Shown here in pieces: positions 22,774-33,341 of a DNA stretch of 53,759 nt; within the stretch, counting starts at the first letter, position 1; every line of letters starts with the position of its first letter. A model generated the notes under the pieces. The model was given only the letters and a program-made list of their open reading frames with translations, was not told the DNA's origin and made no database searches. The stretch lies in assembly GCA_032718475.1 (NCBI GenBank), contig JAUCBJ010007288.1, positions 1-53,759 on the forward strand. The letters are read 5' to 3'. The DNA comes from Nemertoderma westbladi. Lineage: Eukaryota; Animalia; Xenacoelomorpha. A program made the position numbers and the translations under genes.

Positions 22774-23453
22774 AAAACCGAGTTTGGAGATTTAATACAG
22801 TCCACTTCGACATCATCGATGTACAGCTTGTTATACTTAATCGCTGCCTTCTCACCGTTTTTTACGAGGACGTCCAATCTCACGTAGAGGCGTTTATATT
22901 CCTCCTGCTCTTTTTTGGTATGATCCGCCTTAACTCTTACATTCTTGAACTCGACCGTCTTCGCCAACTTTGAAGAATTGTTGCGGACTGTATTTCTGTC
23001 TGACCAGAAACGAAATGTCACATTCAGGAGGCGGGGGCGGGATTGTGTTCCGAGGTCGAGAGTACCAAGGCGTCGGCACCTTTCGAATTGGATTTCGCTG
23101 CAGCCTATAGCATCTAAGAGATTACGGATAACATCCTTATCGGGTATTGAGTCCGATTCCGAGATTCCACAGAAAATAAGGTGTTTCAGTCGCTCGTCTT
23201 TGTCATTTCTCGCAATTATCTTCTGTTGCTCGGTAACAATGTTTTTGAGTACACCAACTTCCCGGGTTAATTCGTCTGACTTCGCTTCTGCGTTTAAAGC
23301 CCTGGACTCCAGGGCAGAAATTATCTTATCCTGTTCCTCGAAGCGAGTGTTAATTGTATCCAGTTTATTGTTTATTGGTGTAAGCTTTGTGTCTAATATG
23401 TTTAGCAGTTTCGCCCAGTAGTCAGTAGTCGCCCAGTAGCCCCCTACAGTCAA
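22770..23453 (-). CDS. LINE ORF1 (coiled coil + RRM-like), 5' end uncertain
   Basis: Heptad-rich segment then LIFCGISE, RRLG, RPRLLNVTF, VKADHTKKEQ, KLYIDD; no ATG start. Confidence 0.75.
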   Translation of the reverse strand: MTVGGYWATTDYWAKLLNILDTKLTPINNKLDTINTRFEEQDKIISALESRALNAEAKSDELTREVGVLKNIVTEQQKIIARNDKDERLKHLIFCGISESDSIPDKDVIRNLLDAIGCSEIQFERCRRLGTLDLGTQSRPRLLNVTFRFWSDRNTVRNNSSKLAKTVEFKNVRVKADHTKKEQEEYKRLYVRLDVLVKNGEKAAIKYNKLYIDDVEVDCIKSPNSVF

Positions 23454-23636
23454 ACTGTACTGCTCAACTGCTGTACTACAGTACTACCGGTAGCGAAGCG
23501 ATAGGGCTGTATGCAGTCGGTGATATAGGCCTAGGCAGCTAGGCGATTTTGGACTTATTCCAATTTTTGAACTTTTTTGTGCCAAATTCATTATTCTGTT
23601 ATTCCTACCATGCTTTTGCAGAAATGTATTCATACA

Positions 23637-26600
23637 TAGATAGATAGATTTATTTATACATTATGTAAAAACAATAACAAATACACCAAACAATGTACCG
23701 GTATAAAGGTATTGTCCAACATAACATATAGGATTACCCCTAAAGCTTTGCAGCTTATTTCCAAGGGGGTCCTTTATGTTACTTGGTTACAAATACAATA
23801 TTACACTACGCTAACCTAAAACCAATATAAAACGTAATTACACTATGTACATGTACAACTTTACCGAGAGCGTGACAATGTCCGACTCAACGATAAAGAT
23901 GTAATGTACAGAACAATTTATTATTAAACGTAATTACAGTATAAATAGTAAATAATTAATAAACTAATAACTTACTGTAGGACTATTGTACCTATTTTTA
24001 CATTGCACACGGAGATGAGATTTAACTGCAGATTTAAAAGAATGTTGATTATCGAGGTTTTTAATTTCATTTGGCAGAGCGTTCCAATTTTTTATGCCGT
24101 TAAAAAAGAAAGTATCAGGTTCAAAGGATTTACAATTCGGGAGGTAGAAGTTTGAAGCACTAGCTCTGGTACTGTAAGAGTGTGTATCGCGTACTCTGTT
24201 GAATTTTTGTTTTAGGTAATTGGGACATTTACCATTATACACTTTATGCACATGGTTAAGGCGTAGCTGCTTAACTCTACTATCTAAGTTAAGTAGTCCA
24301 GATTCAGAAAAGTCATCTGGAGTTAGGTGGTGCCTAGGTTTGTAGTCTTTAATAAATCGTACTACTTTATTCTGAGCTACTTGTAATTTACATTTAAGCT
24401 GTTTGGATAAGCCTTCATACCAAGAAGAGCATGCATAGTCCATGTGACACTGTATTAAAGAAGAGCAAAGTAACTTGCGGGAGTCGGTGTTTAAACTATT
24501 TTCATTTCTGTATAGAAACCTAAGCCTACTGTTAACTTTCGAGAAAATATTTTTCACTATGCTTTCTCCTGATAAGCAGTTATCCAATGTGGCGCCTAAA
24601 TATTTAACTTCCTTTTTATTTTCAATCTTATGTCCATTACTAGTGACTTCAAACTTAGTTACCTTCTTTAACTTTCTTTTGGAACCAAACAAAATACTTT
24701 CAGTCTTACCGTAGTGAATGGATAGCTTATTATCAACCAACCACTCATTACAGGATTCTAGAACTGCACTTAACTTTTGGGAAATATGGATAGGATCTTT
24801 ATGAGAGAAAATAAGAGCACTGTCGTCGGCATATAAAATGAGTTTAAAATCGGGATCTATACTATTTATCATATCATTTACATAGCATACAAAAAGCAGA
24901 GGACCTAATATACTACCTTGCGGTACACCACAGGTAATCTCTTGTACAGTAGACTGCGATTTGCTAATGACTACAGTTTGACCTCTGTCTGACAGGTAGG
25001 ACTTGAACCAGTCTATAGAACCTACACCCATCAGGCCTAACTTACCAGGCAGAATTTCGTGATCTACAGTATCGAAAGCCTTTTGTAGGTCCAACATTAC
25101 CATACCAGTATATAAACCCTTTGCATTATTACATCTAATTGTATCAGTTAAGTTAATAAGGCAGGTGTCTGTAGAATATGATTTACGAAAACCGGACTGA
25201 AGTTCATAGATCAGATTTAGCCTACTAAGATGTGCTTCCAGCTGTAGAAAAACAGAACGTTCTAAAATTTTAGATACAATACTTAAGATACTAACAGGTC
25301 TGTAATTACAGGGTTCTACTTTACTATTCTTTTTATACAGAGGAACAACCTTGGCTAATTTCAGTTCGTCTGGTACTACATTATCTACGATAGAGTAATT
25401 AATAATAAAAGTAATAGGCACTTTAAGTACTTCAGCACCTTCCTTAAGAAAACGGGCAGGTATTAGATCTAGACCGGTACTTTTTGAGGCTGATAGGCTA
25501 AGTAGATTTTTAAAAACGAAATCCTCAGAAACGGGTTTTAAAAATAACTTTTCTGAATTTTGTAACTTTTCTAAATAAAAATTATTTAGAGTTTCGGACC
25601 CTATACTATATTCATTACTTGATAACGGTAACTTCTTAACTAAATTAGAGGCAACATTAGTAAAATAATAATTAAATAAATTACTAACTAGAGTATGATC
25701 ATGAATCAGCTCGCCGTTATCTTGCAGAACAATATTCGATTTAGATTTAAGGTTTTTATAACCTAAAGATTTTAGGGTAGACCATAGACTTTTAGGATTA
25801 TCTTTATTCTCACTTATTTTGTTGTACAAATATTCAGATTTAGCTTTTTTTATTTCCCGTTGGACAAGGTTTCTATATTTGCAGTAATTATTATAATCAG
25901 CTAAAACACGGTATTTCCTAAATTTATACAAATAGTTATCTCTTTCTCTGATATTACTAAGAATACCCGAGGTCATCCAGGGCTCAGTGCGTTGTTTAAG
26001 ACTAATTTCTTTAATTGGTGCTACAGTATTAAGTGCCTTTAAAAATATATCTTTAAAAACAGTGTACGCAAGGTTAATGTCAGCGGCCTTAAAACAGGGT
26101 TCCCAGTCAGAATTAACTAACAAACTTAAAAAGCGTTCCTTGCTGTAATTTTTCATAGACCTAACTGTTACTGTTTTATGATCCCCGAAAAAAGATTTTT
26201 GTGTCTTTCTTGTGCAAAAAACTATAAAATGATCGCTTAGACCTATAGGTAAAACCCCAGATTGAGAAATAATATCGGTATTATTACAAAGGATGTGATC
26301 TAGTAAAGTAGAAGTTTTACTGGTAATTCTGGTAGAATCTCGAATAATTTGTTTTAAACCAAACAAATTTAAAATACTTTGGTACTGTTTACAGATGGGG
26401 GATGCTTTGTGATGGTAACAGATATTAAAATAACCTAAGAAATATATTTCACAGTCTGACCTAAGATTACATAAAATTGTATTTTCAAAATTTTGCAAAA
26501 AATCTGATTGTTTAGGGGGCCGATATAAAGTACCGATTAAAATAGGTTTAGTTTTAGGAAGTAAAAGTTCCACCAGTAAAACTTCGTCACAAGTCTCTAA

Positions 26601-27690
26601 ATCTTCCCTACGATTAAAAGCTAAATCACATCGAATGTAAGTACAGACACCACCACCGTGTCTGTCCCTATCCTTACGTAAAACTACGTAATTATCAATA
26701 TAAATTTCTCCATCAGAAACACTATCATCGAGCCAAGTTTCAGAGATTGTTAAAACTGCTGGGTTGGATTTATTGATTAAAATACGAATTTCGGAAAGTT
26801 TTGGAAGCAGAGATCGTGCGTTTAAATGCAAAAAATGCAGACCTTTTTTCTTAAAAAAATTAAAAGTTTCACTCTCAGCATCACTTGGAGTTTGCAGAGG
26901 CGATGTGAGAAATGAATCGTCGGTTTCTGATTCTAAAATTGTATCATGAAAGGGAAGTTCGGTAAAAATACAGCTATTGCAGAGAAAACTTGGTTCAAGA
27001 TTGTTTCTGGTGGAGAATAAATTACTGCGTTTCCTACGGTAACATTTTAAATGTACAAATGTGTCACAACTCTCGCATTGGACGATCTTACTCCGAGAGT
27101 TTGTTCCTCGTTGACAGACGGGACAGTTGATCTTCGGGGCCCGCGTCCTGCTGGGTCCTGGGTTGGTCTCAATATCCCCAGCCAGAGACAGAAGACAGAG
27201 TTTAGCGATTAGGCCTCTAGATCGTGGAGAGGAGACCCAAGATCTTCTTCCCCGATTCCGACATTCCAAAATTGGACTTTGTTTGCAGAGATGCTATGGA
27301 GGATGACTGCTGTAACGCTATGCACTAGTAACAAGGTACCGGTACCGGTACAGGGGTCCGACCATAAGGCTATATCATATGGGCATGGCATGACTAGAGC
27401 TGTACCCTGTCAGCCTGTACAGCACAGTTCTACGCTAGAAGCACAGCTGCAGCCTGCAGCTAGACCCTACAACCCTAGACCAAGCAGCAGCTTGGTCTAT
27501 TGCCTATTGGTGACATTCCTGGGCTTCCAATTAGGAAGCCCTGTTTCGATCCCTAGGCTGCTAGGTGGGGCACGCCAGCCTGGGCACGGTGCACGGGAGC
27601 AGCACTGTTTGAGCACAGCTGCACAGTGCTTTAAATGCTTCAGCCTACTGGCCTTGACCAACCCTAGCTTTCATCCTTGTGAGTTGTGAG
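23637..27690 (-). mobile_element. CR1/L2-group (Crack/Daphne-like) LINE
   Basis: 1101-aa ORF; 3' stem-loop GGACCCCCTTGGAAATAAGCTGCAAAGCTTTAGGGGTAATCC; AATAAA followed by (TCTA)n tail at about 23637-23656. 5' boundary approximate. Confidence 0.85.
23964..27269 (-). CDS. LINE polyprotein: 2A-like peptide, PHD finger, APE endonuclease, RT
   Basis: GDIETNPGP; CPVC..CESC..H..C..CNSC; HLNARSL, SETWL, SDH; NYRPVSIL, DLQKAFDTVDH, GVPQGSILGP, YADD, KYLG. Listed start is TTG, not ATG. Confidence 0.93.
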   Translation of the reverse strand: MECRNRGRRSWVSSPRSRGLIAKLCLLSLAGDIETNPGPSRTRAPKINCPVCQRGTNSRSKIVQCESCDTFVHLKCYRRKRSNLFSTRNNLEPSFLCNSCIFTELPFHDTILESETDDSFLTSPLQTPSDAESETFNFFKKKGLHFLHLNARSLLPKLSEIRILINKSNPAVLTISETWLDDSVSDGEIYIDNYVVLRKDRDRHGGGVCTYIRCDLAFNRREDLETCDEVLLVELLLPKTKPILIGTLYRPPKQSDFLQNFENTILCNLRSDCEIYFLGYFNICYHHKASPICKQYQSILNLFGLKQIIRDSTRITSKTSTLLDHILCNNTDIISQSGVLPIGLSDHFIVFCTRKTQKSFFGDHKTVTVRSMKNYSKERFLSLLVNSDWEPCFKAADINLAYTVFKDIFLKALNTVAPIKEISLKQRTEPWMTSGILSNIRERDNYLYKFRKYRVLADYNNYCKYRNLVQREIKKAKSEYLYNKISENKDNPKSLWSTLKSLGYKNLKSKSNIVLQDNGELIHDHTLVSNLFNYYFTNVASNLVKKLPLSSNEYSIGSETLNNFYLEKLQNSEKLFLKPVSEDFVFKNLLSLSASKSTGLDLIPARFLKEGAEVLKVPITFIINYSIVDNVVPDELKLAKVVPLYKKNSKVEPCNYRPVSILSIVSKILERSVFLQLEAHLSRLNLIYELQSGFRKSYSTDTCLINLTDTIRCNNAKGLYTGMVMLDLQKAFDTVDHEILPGKLGLMGVGSIDWFKSYLSDRGQTVVISKSQSTVQEITCGVPQGSILGPLLFVCYVNDMINSIDPDFKLILYADDSALIFSHKDPIHISQKLSAVLESCNEWLVDNKLSIHYGKTESILFGSKRKLKKVTKFEVTSNGHKIENKKEVKYLGATLDNCLSGESIVKNIFSKVNSRLRFLYRNENSLNTDSRKLLCSSLIQCHMDYACSSWYEGLSKQLKCKLQVAQNKVVRFIKDYKPRHHLTPDDFSESGLLNLDSRVKQLRLNHVHKVYNGKCPNYLKQKFNRVRDTHSYSTRASASNFYLPNCKSFEPDTFFFNGIKNWNALPNEIKNLDNQHSFKSAVKSHLRVQCKNRYNSPTVSY

Positions 27691-27894
27691 TGGTCGATAA
27701 ATGGGAACCAAGACAACTTTGGAAAACATAATGGAAGAGGTTTACTATAGAATATCATCCATGGTGGTGAACAGGCATTCCTTGGCTTAATGAGCCTAAA
27801 ACGATTATCCCATTCAATCAGTCAATATCATGAATTGGGGTGTTAGATGATGGAAAATAAATAGACCTCTTAATCGTTTCAATATATTGTTTTA

Positions 27895-30026
27895 GTGTCT
27901 CATGTGCTGCGCGAAGGCCTTTGAACCGTTCCAACAGCTTGTTACAATGTTACAGCAAGCCACGTGCTCCGTGAAGGTCTCTTAAACGTTTCAACAGTTT
28001 GTTACACAATGTGTGCTGCGCGAAGGTCTCTTAAACATTTGAACAGCTTGTTACACAATGTTACAGTGCGCCACGTGCTGCGCGAAGGTCTCTTAAACGT
28101 TTCAACAGATTGTTACACAATGTTACAGTAAGCCACGTGCTGCGCGAAGATCTCTTAAACATTCAGACATTTGAACAGCTTGTTACACAATGTTACAGTG
28201 CGCCACGTGTTGCGCGAAGGTCTCTCAAACGTTTCAACAGATTGTTACACAATGTTACAGTAAGCCACGTGCTGCGCGAAGGTCTCTTAAACATTTGAAC
28301 AGCTTGTTACACAATGTTCCAGTGCGCCACGTGCTGCGCGAAGGTCTCTCAAACGTTTCAACAGCTTGTTACACAATGTCACAGTGCGCCACGTGCTGCG
28401 AGAAGGTCTCTCAAACGTTACAACAGCTTGTTACACAATGTCACAGTGCGCCACGTGCTGCGCGAAGGTCTCTCAAACGTTTCAACAGCTTGTTACACAA
28501 TGTCACAGTGCGCCACGTGCTGCGCGAAGGTCTCTCAAACGTTTCAACAGATTGTTACACAATGTTACAGTAAGCCACGTGCTGCGCGAAGATCTCTTAA
28601 ACATTTGAACAGCTTGTTACACAATGTTACAGGGCGCCATGTGCTGCGCGAATGTCTCTCAAATGTTTCAACAGCTTGTTAACAATGTTACAGTAAGCCA
28701 CGTGCTGCGCGAAGATCTCTTAAACATTCAGACATTTGAACAGCTTGTTACACAATGTTACAGTGCGCCACGTGTTGCGCGAAGGTCTCTCAAACGTTTC
28801 AACAGATTGTTACACAATGTTACAGTAAGCCACGTGCTGCGCGAAGGTCTCTTAAACATTTGAACAGCTTGTTACACAATGTTCCAGTGCGCCACGTGCT
28901 GCGCGAAGGTCTCTCAAACGTTTCAACAGCTTGTTACACAATGTCACAGTGCGCCACGTGCTGCGAGAAGGTCTCTCAAACGTTACAACAGCTTGTTACA
29001 CAATGTCACAGTGCGCCACGTGCTGCGCGAAGGTCTCTCAAACGTTTCAACAGCTTGTTACACAATGTCACAGTGCGCCACGTGGTGCGCGAAGGTCTCT
29101 CAAACGTTTCAACAGATTGTTACACAATGTTACAGTAAGCCACGTGCTGCACGAAGGTCTATTAAACGTTTCAACAGCTTGTTAACAATGTTACAGTAAG
29201 CCACGTGCTGCGCGAAGGTCTCTTAAACATTTGAACAGCTTGTTACACAATGTTACAGTAAGCCACGTGCTGCGCGAAGGTTTCTTAAACATTTGAACAG
29301 CTTGTTACACAATGTTACAGTGCACCACGTGCTGCGCGAAGGTCTCTCAAACGTTTCAACTGATTGTTACACAATGTTACAGTAAGCCACGTGCTGCGCG
29401 AAGATCTCTTAAACATTTGAACAGCTTGTTACACAATGTTACAGTGCGCCACGTGCTGCGCGAAGGTCTCTCAAATGTTTCAACAGCTTGTTACACAATG
29501 TTACAGTAAGCCACGTGCTGCGCGAAGGTCTCTTAAACATTTGAACAGCTTGTTACACAATGTTACAGTGCACCACGTGCTGCGCGAAGGTCTCTCAAAC
29601 GTTTCAACAGATTGTTACACAATGTTACAGTAAGCCACGTGCTGCGCGAAGATCTCTTAAACATTTGAACAGCTTGTTACACAATGTTACAGTGCGCCAC
29701 GTGCTGCGCGAAGGTCTCTCAAACGTTTCAACAGATTGTTACACAATGTTACAGCACTGCAATAAGCCACGTGCTGCACAAAGGTCTATTAAACGTTTCA
29801 ACAGCTTGTTAACAATGTTACAGTACCCCACGTGCTGCGCGAAGGACTCTTAAACTTTCCAACAGCTTGTTACAGTTCTCCACATGCTGCGCGAAGGTCT
29901 CAAACGTTTTAACAGATTGTTTCAGTATTTCACATACTGCGCGAAGGTCTCTCAAACGTTTCATCAGATTGTTACACAATGTTACAGTATCGCATGTGCT
30001 GCACGAAGGTCTCTTAAACGTTTCAA
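27895..30026. repeat. 62-bp satellite, about 34 units, with an internal 565-bp higher-order duplication
   Basis: Unit CTTGTTACACAATGTTACAGTGCGCCACGTGCTGCGCGAAGGTCTCTCAAACGTTTCAACAG; degenerate edges. Confidence 0.95.
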
Positions 30027-31691
30027 GTGTGAAACAAAATAGAGTAAATAAGATAAATTTCATTCAGAAAGACAACTGTGGACTTAAAGTGCTAAATACT
30101 GCTATGTGCTGTTCAATAGAAACAATACGCTACCCACCAGTGAGGGCTGATAAGGAGTTCGATATTTTCTTGAAGAAAATGCATGGTGAAGAAGAATCAG
30201 TGGCACTGTTTATATTCCATCAGGATAATTTTTTGGACACATTCAGACATTAGGCCTACTAGCTACTGCATTAAGATGTTTAAAAAGTGATTGCTTTGTT
30301 CAGACTGTCAGATATTTCTGTATTTATATATCAGCATTTGACTGTTTGACAGATTTAAACAGACACTGTCTATTTTCCATTGTGTTTCTCGAAATCACCA
30401 ACTAAACAGATGGTCACAGTTGGAGGAAGTGTTAACAGTGGTTTAACGAAGTTTTGGTTCCCGAGATTCGTATCTTAAAGCTTTACTGGAAGAAGGTGGT
30501 GAGGTAAACGATAAAGTAGTTTGCAAAAAGTCTCACTGTTTCAGTTGGGATTTATTGGTCATACCTCGATCACGATCGACCTAATGATACCTACTTGCAG
30601 TTCAAGCTTATCCTACCTAACCTGCTAACCTCCCATACTGCTTCGATCTTTTGTCATTCTTACATCTGACAGAAAAATTAGAACTTAGAAGCAGTCTGTA
30701 ACGACACGAGTTCCTTGCTGGTGGAGGCTGCTATTGCAAAATCAATAGCCCAGGAGGAGCCAGGTTGCCTCGGCTCCTAACCTTCAAGATAAACCTCCAA
30801 AGGCTATGTTAATGGTGTAGTGACCGCACCCTCCACTCTTGTTAAATACATTCAAATCCAGGCTGAATAGGCCTACTCACTATAAGCATTTACACTTGAA
30901 ATTTATGCCATCGTGGTGGGACCCCACATAAACCGTCCAAAATCTGCCCTACTGTCCAGTCCATCTATCTGTAACTCTTTATCATTGTTTTATCGTATTT
31001 TAATATTTTTAATCTGACTTTTTTTATCGCCTGGGCACCTATTAACATTGTTTTATCATAATTCTGCTTTATATTATACTTTTTAATAATTTCACATAAC
31101 ATTTTCATTTTATTTTTTATTTCTTTGGTTTATATTACAGTACAGCAGTATTATACAATATGAAATACAAAGTATTTTTATGTATTGTACGTACCGGTAC
31201 CTGATCCTTTTAAATCCTTTTAAATCACAATTCCTCTTATTTTATTTACAGTTCCAATGCGTTTTTAATGTATTTGCAATGTATTTTTTTTTAATACCTA
31301 CATATATTATTTCTTACATAGATATTAATAATTAGTGCAGTTCTCATGCCTCGTAATTAACGGTATCAATATTTAATTATTATCCATAAACAGTTTTAGG
31401 TAGGCCTACTTATTGTATGAATTGGCTGAATTATCAGTCGTCAGTCAGTAACTGTCAGTCTGTAATAATAAATAATTGCAATATTTATATTTGTTTAACC
31501 AGGCGCCCTCCTAGATTTTACTCCTAGTCTCTGTCTAGTATTGACGCCTACAACCTATTTTCAGTTTATTATATTTATAGGCCTATTATTTAATTAATGA
31601 TTGCTATAGAGAGAGGGCTATTAACTCTTCCAGTCTACAGCAATATATTATTCATTTATGTATTTGGATTACCGGTAATTAAATTGTAGTT

Positions 31692-33341
31692 ATGAAATCT
31701 CCAATGAAAGGCAAACAGTTGGGGAATGGAAAGAGGACAATAGGCCCTAGTCCCGGGGAGATTGAGCGACTGATGAAGGAAGAACGTGATCGGTTGCGTA
31801 AACTACGAATCCAACAGGTCCGCCAGCAAAGTAAACAGTTAGCGGGGACATTGAGAAACAGGTACAAAACCAAGATGGACTCAGAGCTGTCCAAAATGGC
31901 TAAAGAAATTCAGTACGAACACGAACTTGCCAAGGCCTTCGAAGAGAAGAAACTTAAAGATTTGTATGAGAGAAGTTCCAAGGCGGTTGGACAGGCGCAT
32001 AATTACGGGTTGGATAAAGATCCTGAAATGATCGAGAAGTTGAGGGAAGATATTAAGGAGGATAACATGAGGCGAGCGGAAGAGAGGCACATCGTGGCTG
32101 TACAGCGACAGCAGGAAGAGCGGAAGGCTAGCAGCGATTGGGCCCGGTTGGAGACACGGAGGCTAGCGCTCGAGGTTGAGAGAGAGCGGTCCCAGAACGT
32201 AGCGGCGATGGGTCGGATACAATCGGCCGCGGCTAGCGCAGTTCTTCCCGCACCAACGGAGGCGGCGACGACTCAGTCGGAAGTGTGGGCGGAGCGAGCG
32301 GCAGTCGCGGGGGCAACTGCGATGGATGCAGCGGAGGTGGAGGCGGAGAAGCTGGGGTTGTTGGAGCTGGAGGAGACGGCGGGTCGGGTTGATCAGCGGG
32401 AGAAAGCGTTGATGCGAGGGCGCGTGGCGCAGACCGAGGTGCAGCTGCGACGGGACTGGGAGGCCCTGAAGGCGGATCTCAGCGGGTTGCAGCACGGGGA
32501 GGCGGCGAGACGTAGAGAGGCGGTCGCAAAGGTGACCACGTTCCTGCCACCATCCGGGCGCATCGCCCAGACAACGGAGAAACAGGTCGCCATGGAGACT
32601 ATGTTCGAGGATATGTTCATGAAGGCGACGGACTTCCAGGGGGATTTAACTTTAGTTACGGAGGGAGGCGGGGGGTCCGTGGATGGGCAGCAGGTAGAGG
32701 GTGGAACACATCGGATCCCCCAGGTGTCTGTGGCTGCGCTTCCATCTGAACAGCTATCCGGTCCTCCGCCCGGACAGCCGCCCGGACAATCATCCGGACA
32801 GCCATCAACAGCGGCCAGATTGATGCAGAAGATCCGCGGACAGCAGGCCGAGTTCCGGAGGCAGACGGAGTTTGCTGACGACGTCCAGACATCCATCAGC
32901 GCGGACCTCCTCGGTTTACAAACAGAAGTGGACGGCGTCCCTCGCGAGCGGCCGTCGCAGGATGTTTCTAACAAGAAAGTTAAAGATTACCTGAGTAACA
33001 GACTGGATGAGGGGGGTCTTTGTGCCGGAGTTGGTAGTGCTGAAGAGGAGATCATAGCGGGGTCGTTTAATCCCTCCGGGTTCGTTATTGGTTTACCGGA
33101 CTCTTTGGGTTCCAGCACCGTGTCCGCAGATCCCGCAAGTATCGAGGTGGAGAACTGTGTCCCACCTGCCGCATTTCCTGTCCCCGATGTTCCACTCACT
33201 ACTTCCTTAGTCCCCGCTGTCCCACGACTCCCACCCACTAGTGTCGTTGTTCGTGCTGTCCAACCCATCGCAGTCCCTGTCTTGACAGATTTAAACAGAC
33301 ACTGTCTATTTTCCATTGTGTTTCTCGAAATCACCAACTAA
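31692..33341 (+). CDS. CEP295: Truncated CEP295 duplicate 1 (530 aa + 19 novel aa)
   Basis: Same as the first 530 codons of the 37564 ORF, then reads into the next unit (LTDLNRHCLFSIVFLEITN*). Confidence 0.7.
   Translation: MKSPMKGKQLGNGKRTIGPSPGEIERLMKEERDRLRKLRIQQVRQQSKQLAGTLRNRYKTKMDSELSKMAKEIQYEHELAKAFEEKKLKDLYERSSKAVGQAHNYGLDKDPEMIEKLREDIKEDNMRRAEERHIVAVQRQQEERKASSDWARLETRRLALEVERERSQNVAAMGRIQSAAASAVLPAPTEAATTQSEVWAERAAVAGATAMDAAEVEAEKLGLLELEETAGRVDQREKALMRGRVAQTEVQLRRDWEALKADLSGLQHGEAARRREAVAKVTTFLPPSGRIAQTTEKQVAMETMFEDMFMKATDFQGDLTLVTEGGGGSVDGQQVEGGTHRIPQVSVAALPSEQLSGPPPGQPPGQSSGQPSTAARLMQKIRGQQAEFRRQTEFADDVQTSISADLLGLQTEVDGVPRERPSQDVSNKKVKDYLSNRLDEGGLCAGVGSAEEEIIAGSFNPSGFVIGLPDSLGSSTVSADPASIEVENCVPPAAFPVPDVPLTTSLVPAVPRLPPTSVVVRAVQPIAVPVLTDLNRHCLFSIVFLEITN

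Larger units (their letters stand above)
19061..23453 (-). mobile_element. Near-full-length two-ORF APE-type LINE, decayed (clade uncertain, RTEX/Proto2-like C-terminus)
   Basis: ORF1, then APE-RT ORF2 in four pieces, C-terminal PREERLCRCGLVEDEEYFLLKCPNY, AT-rich 3' UTR and (ATAC)n tail at 19061-19080. Confidence 0.85.

Noticed and set aside
28110-30253. Many Cys-rich ORFs in the ORF track
   Set aside because: They are translations of the 62-bp satellite; the unit is not a multiple of 3 and the frames cycle.
30030-30480. Possible decayed transposase around the satellite (also 27690-27880)
   Set aside because: Coding-like composition but many stops and no motif I can identify.
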